64,000 bases of DNA from Tubulanus polymorphus (taxonomy: Eukaryota; Animalia; Nemertea): positions 19,986,210 to 20,050,209 of the forward strand of contig NC_134030.1 of NCBI RefSeq assembly GCF_964204645.1, written 5' to 3'. Under the pieces are notes generated by a model. It searched no databases and had not been told where the DNA came from. It was given only the letters and a program-made list of their open reading frames with translations. This document shows, one piece after another, positions 61,328 to 64,000 of this stretch. The stretch's first letter is position 1; each line of letters begins with the position of its first letter. The position numbers and the translations under genes are program-made.

Positions 61328-63088
61328 TCGTTGAGTACAAAGGTTTATAATGGGATATACTCGTGGTGGTTTGGGAAATATATCCGATTATGAAACTGAA
61401 CGACAGTCAGTTTTACTGACTAGGCCGTGTACGAAACAGCTCGAATTGAATTTATATTTGTTACCGATTCTTCATATCTTGTAGTAAATTAGATTCAATA
61501 AAACTGCGAGTAAATAAATCAATTGTCGGGTTGTTGACTGTTTATGATTCATCGGTCAGAGTTTTCAAAGTGATCAGAAGTGCCATTCCATCGGCAGTGA
61601 AGAACATTCATCGTCAATTAAAAAAGACTACTCGTAAGCAAAAGTCCAAAATCTCCCTAATCAATTATTTCAGTCCCAGGGTTTAAATCTTTCATATGCA
61701 TCCATCCATTAAGATATTTAGAGTTTTCTGTCCTGTTGCCCGGTCGGTGATTTTCTTGTGACGTCACTCAACCTCGTATGAAACTGTGGAAAACAATATA
61801 AATACAGTTTTAAGATGCTTTAAATGAAATCCATTTTCGTAGTTCATTGATGCTTCGATTTTTTTTATTCTCTAAATTTAAGATTTCTATAGATTAGAAC
61901 TGAACCTCGGGGACTTCCACATCGAAAATCAGCAATATCAACTTTACCGTTTGTAACAACTTTGTGTGTAAATTCCTGAAGGTGCGTAAGATTTGAAATA
62001 ATTCTGTTTTGAAGCTGATTAGCGGCCATGCGTTCAAGCATCTTTGTGGCTACAGGTAAGTAAGACAATGATCTATAATTATTCAATTAGTATAGATTTA
62101 AAAGTTGTGTTTTTTATCAATTGCTCAACCGAGCATGATTTTAATTAAACAGTTCGTAGGTACAACACCGGTTTCCAAAGAGAGCAATTTATAATTCTAG
62201 TAACGATTGGAACAGTAACACACTGTTTTAGAATTGGCGCGGGCAACTAAAGCATCCCCTTTATACTTCGCAAATCCTGCATCAAAATTGCTCGGAGCAC
62301 CACGGAAAAACTGATCATTAACGCGACTAATGGTCAGTAGCGTATGTTCCAAACGAGCGATGGAAATTCACCTATTTCAAACTGGTCATTTATGTGTAAA
62401 ATACAAGCACTTGAGAGACCGGCGGATACGCGACATGGACATAATAGCGTAACCTGCATTTTCAAGTGTATTAATGGCTTATGCGAGCTTTCAACTTAAA
62501 CTTCGTGTTGGGCGGTGATTTATTGATAGGCCGTCTAGAAGACTGAGAACCGCGTAATTTTTTTTTGAAAAAAACTTTCTTTCAAAATTAATTCTGCAAG
62601 ATCTAGCGGTTTGAAATCAAATAATTTCGTTTCGTTGACATTTTCGTCATCTTGAATTGATGCTAATGTAGAAAAGCATTGAATAATGATATTGAGGCTC
62701 ATCGTTAATATTCAATGATTCTATAACTAAAATAACGTTCGGGTTGAATGTGTTCTGATGAAATACGTAATGTCTAATGACGAAATTCGTGTGTGAACAA
62801 ATTGGAAAAAAAAAACAAAATTGGAATTAATTGGCGCCTTAGGAATTTTGGTAAGCAACGTGGAATCTAGAAATTATTGCTAATTGGAAAACAGATCTTT
62901 ATGCAAAAAATCCAAACATATCAAATCTAGAATCGGTTTAGAACTAATTGCGGCAGTAACCAAAAATCCACCTAAAAGAAGTCACAGCGAATTCTCTAAT
63001 TTATCTGATTGGACGAACTGCAATTTGTGTTCGTTATTATTCGACGAAAATGGTTTCGGTTCATTCTGTCGTGTTGATGCTGTTCGGT

Positions 63089-64000
63089 ATGGATCGACTG
63101 AGAGCGCTGTTTATAGCGTCGCTGATCGTCTGGCGAGTTAATATCGCACACGCTGATCTGTCTGACTCTGTGACGGTTTGTTCGTCTTGTAACAACACTT
63201 GGTACCCCGTCGATTCTACGTCCGGTTACATCGTTTCACCGAATTACCCGTCGTTTACGCGAGGTGTTGAATGTCGTTGGTTCGTCAACAGCTCTTTACC
63301 GGGAACTTTCAACATCAAACTATACTACGACATCGAGCCGTCGATATTCTGTAGTGATAACTATCTTCTCGTCGGTGAGTCCGATAACAGATTCTGCGGT
63401 GAAGGAAAACATGGAATCCGCCGTAACGATTCGATGTCGTTGATGTTTAGAAGTAACGTCGATGGTGCGCGGGGTAGTCGGGTTTATATCATATATCGTT
63501 TAGAACGGAACAATTTGAAATTAATTCAAACCTGCGCAAGATACGGTTTAAAAATCAACAAATTACCAACATCGATAGGATATAAGTTTGCTTTGGTGGT
63601 ATGGCAATGTAAATTGTATTTAAAATGGATCGGGATCCCGGATGGGTTTGCTATGAATTTCACGTTTTCGCAGATAGAATTCCAATTATATCCCGGCACT
63701 GATCCAGCGACAACTGTTCAAATTCATGACGGATGGAACAGCAGTGAACTTCTTGCTGTAATACCAGAACAAACCGGACATCCACCTTCATCATTCTATA
63801 CTAAAACTAACAAAGCTATGATCAGTTTGCCACGTGGGCGAAACGTACTTACATCACAATTATCAGTTCAAGTGTATAGAATATCAGATTGGAACGTCTC
63901 TAATCCGTTAATCCAAATCTCTAATAACGAGTCTGGAGTGCTCATTCCTGATGACAACAGTTTACACGTAATAATTCGATCAAAACACTTACACTGCTGG
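63089..64000 (+). CDS. GRL101-like receptor, copy C (5' part of exon 1, truncated by window end)
   Basis: ATG GAT CGA CTG AGA... same signal peptide and CUB sequence as A and B. Confidence 0.85.
   Translation, partial: MDRLRALFIASLIVWRVNIAHADLSDSVTVCSSCNNTWYPVDSTSGYIVSPNYPSFTRGVECRWFVNSSLPGTFNIKLYYDIEPSIFCSDNYLLVGESDNRFCGEGKHGIRRNDSMSLMFRSNVDGARGSRVYIIYRLERNNLKLIQTCARYGLKINKLPTSIGYKFALVVWQCKLYLKWIGIPDGFAMNFTFSQIEFQLYPGTDPATTVQIHDGWNSSELLAVIPEQTGHPPSSFYTKTNKAMISLPRGRNVLTSQLSVQVYRISDWNVSNPLIQISNNESGVLIPDDNSLHVIIRSKHLHCW

Larger units (their letters stand above)
57720..64000 (+). repeat. Segmental tandem duplication unit C (runs off window)
   Basis: Colinear with A and B; no Polinton at the homologous site (~62412-62431). 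Confidence 0.9.

Overview
Eukaryotic, invertebrate-type genomic DNA with spliceosomal introns, a GRL101-like GPCR and peptide-receptor-like class A GPCRs. A lophotrochozoan-like host is an inference only. (1) A complete but decayed 17.2-kb Polinton/Maverick (3784-21016) has AG...CT termini, a 6-bp TSD (CACATG) and ~375-bp TIRs whose outer 189 nt form a long hairpin. It encodes pPolB, minor and major capsid proteins, packaging ATPase, RVE integrase, an HNH nuclease, zinc-finger proteins and several membrane proteins. Its pPolB retains the C-terminal half of a LAGLIDADG intein fused directly to the catalytic TDS motif. (2) A host cassette occurs in three tandem copies (A: 1-~28525 minus the Polinton; B: 29278-~41546; C: 57720-end). 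Each copy holds a spliced gene, missed by the ORF track, for a 49-aa secreted C-C-CC-C-C (knottin-like) precursor, followed by a ~1900-aa CUB/C-lectin/LDLa/LRR/7TM receptor whose N-terminal ectodomain is hypervariable between copies. (3) Between B and C lie three ~3.1-kb tandem class A GPCR units, another GPCR and a decayed large inverted duplication. LINE, SINE and MITE remnants and a Penelope-type minimal hammerhead ribozyme are also present.
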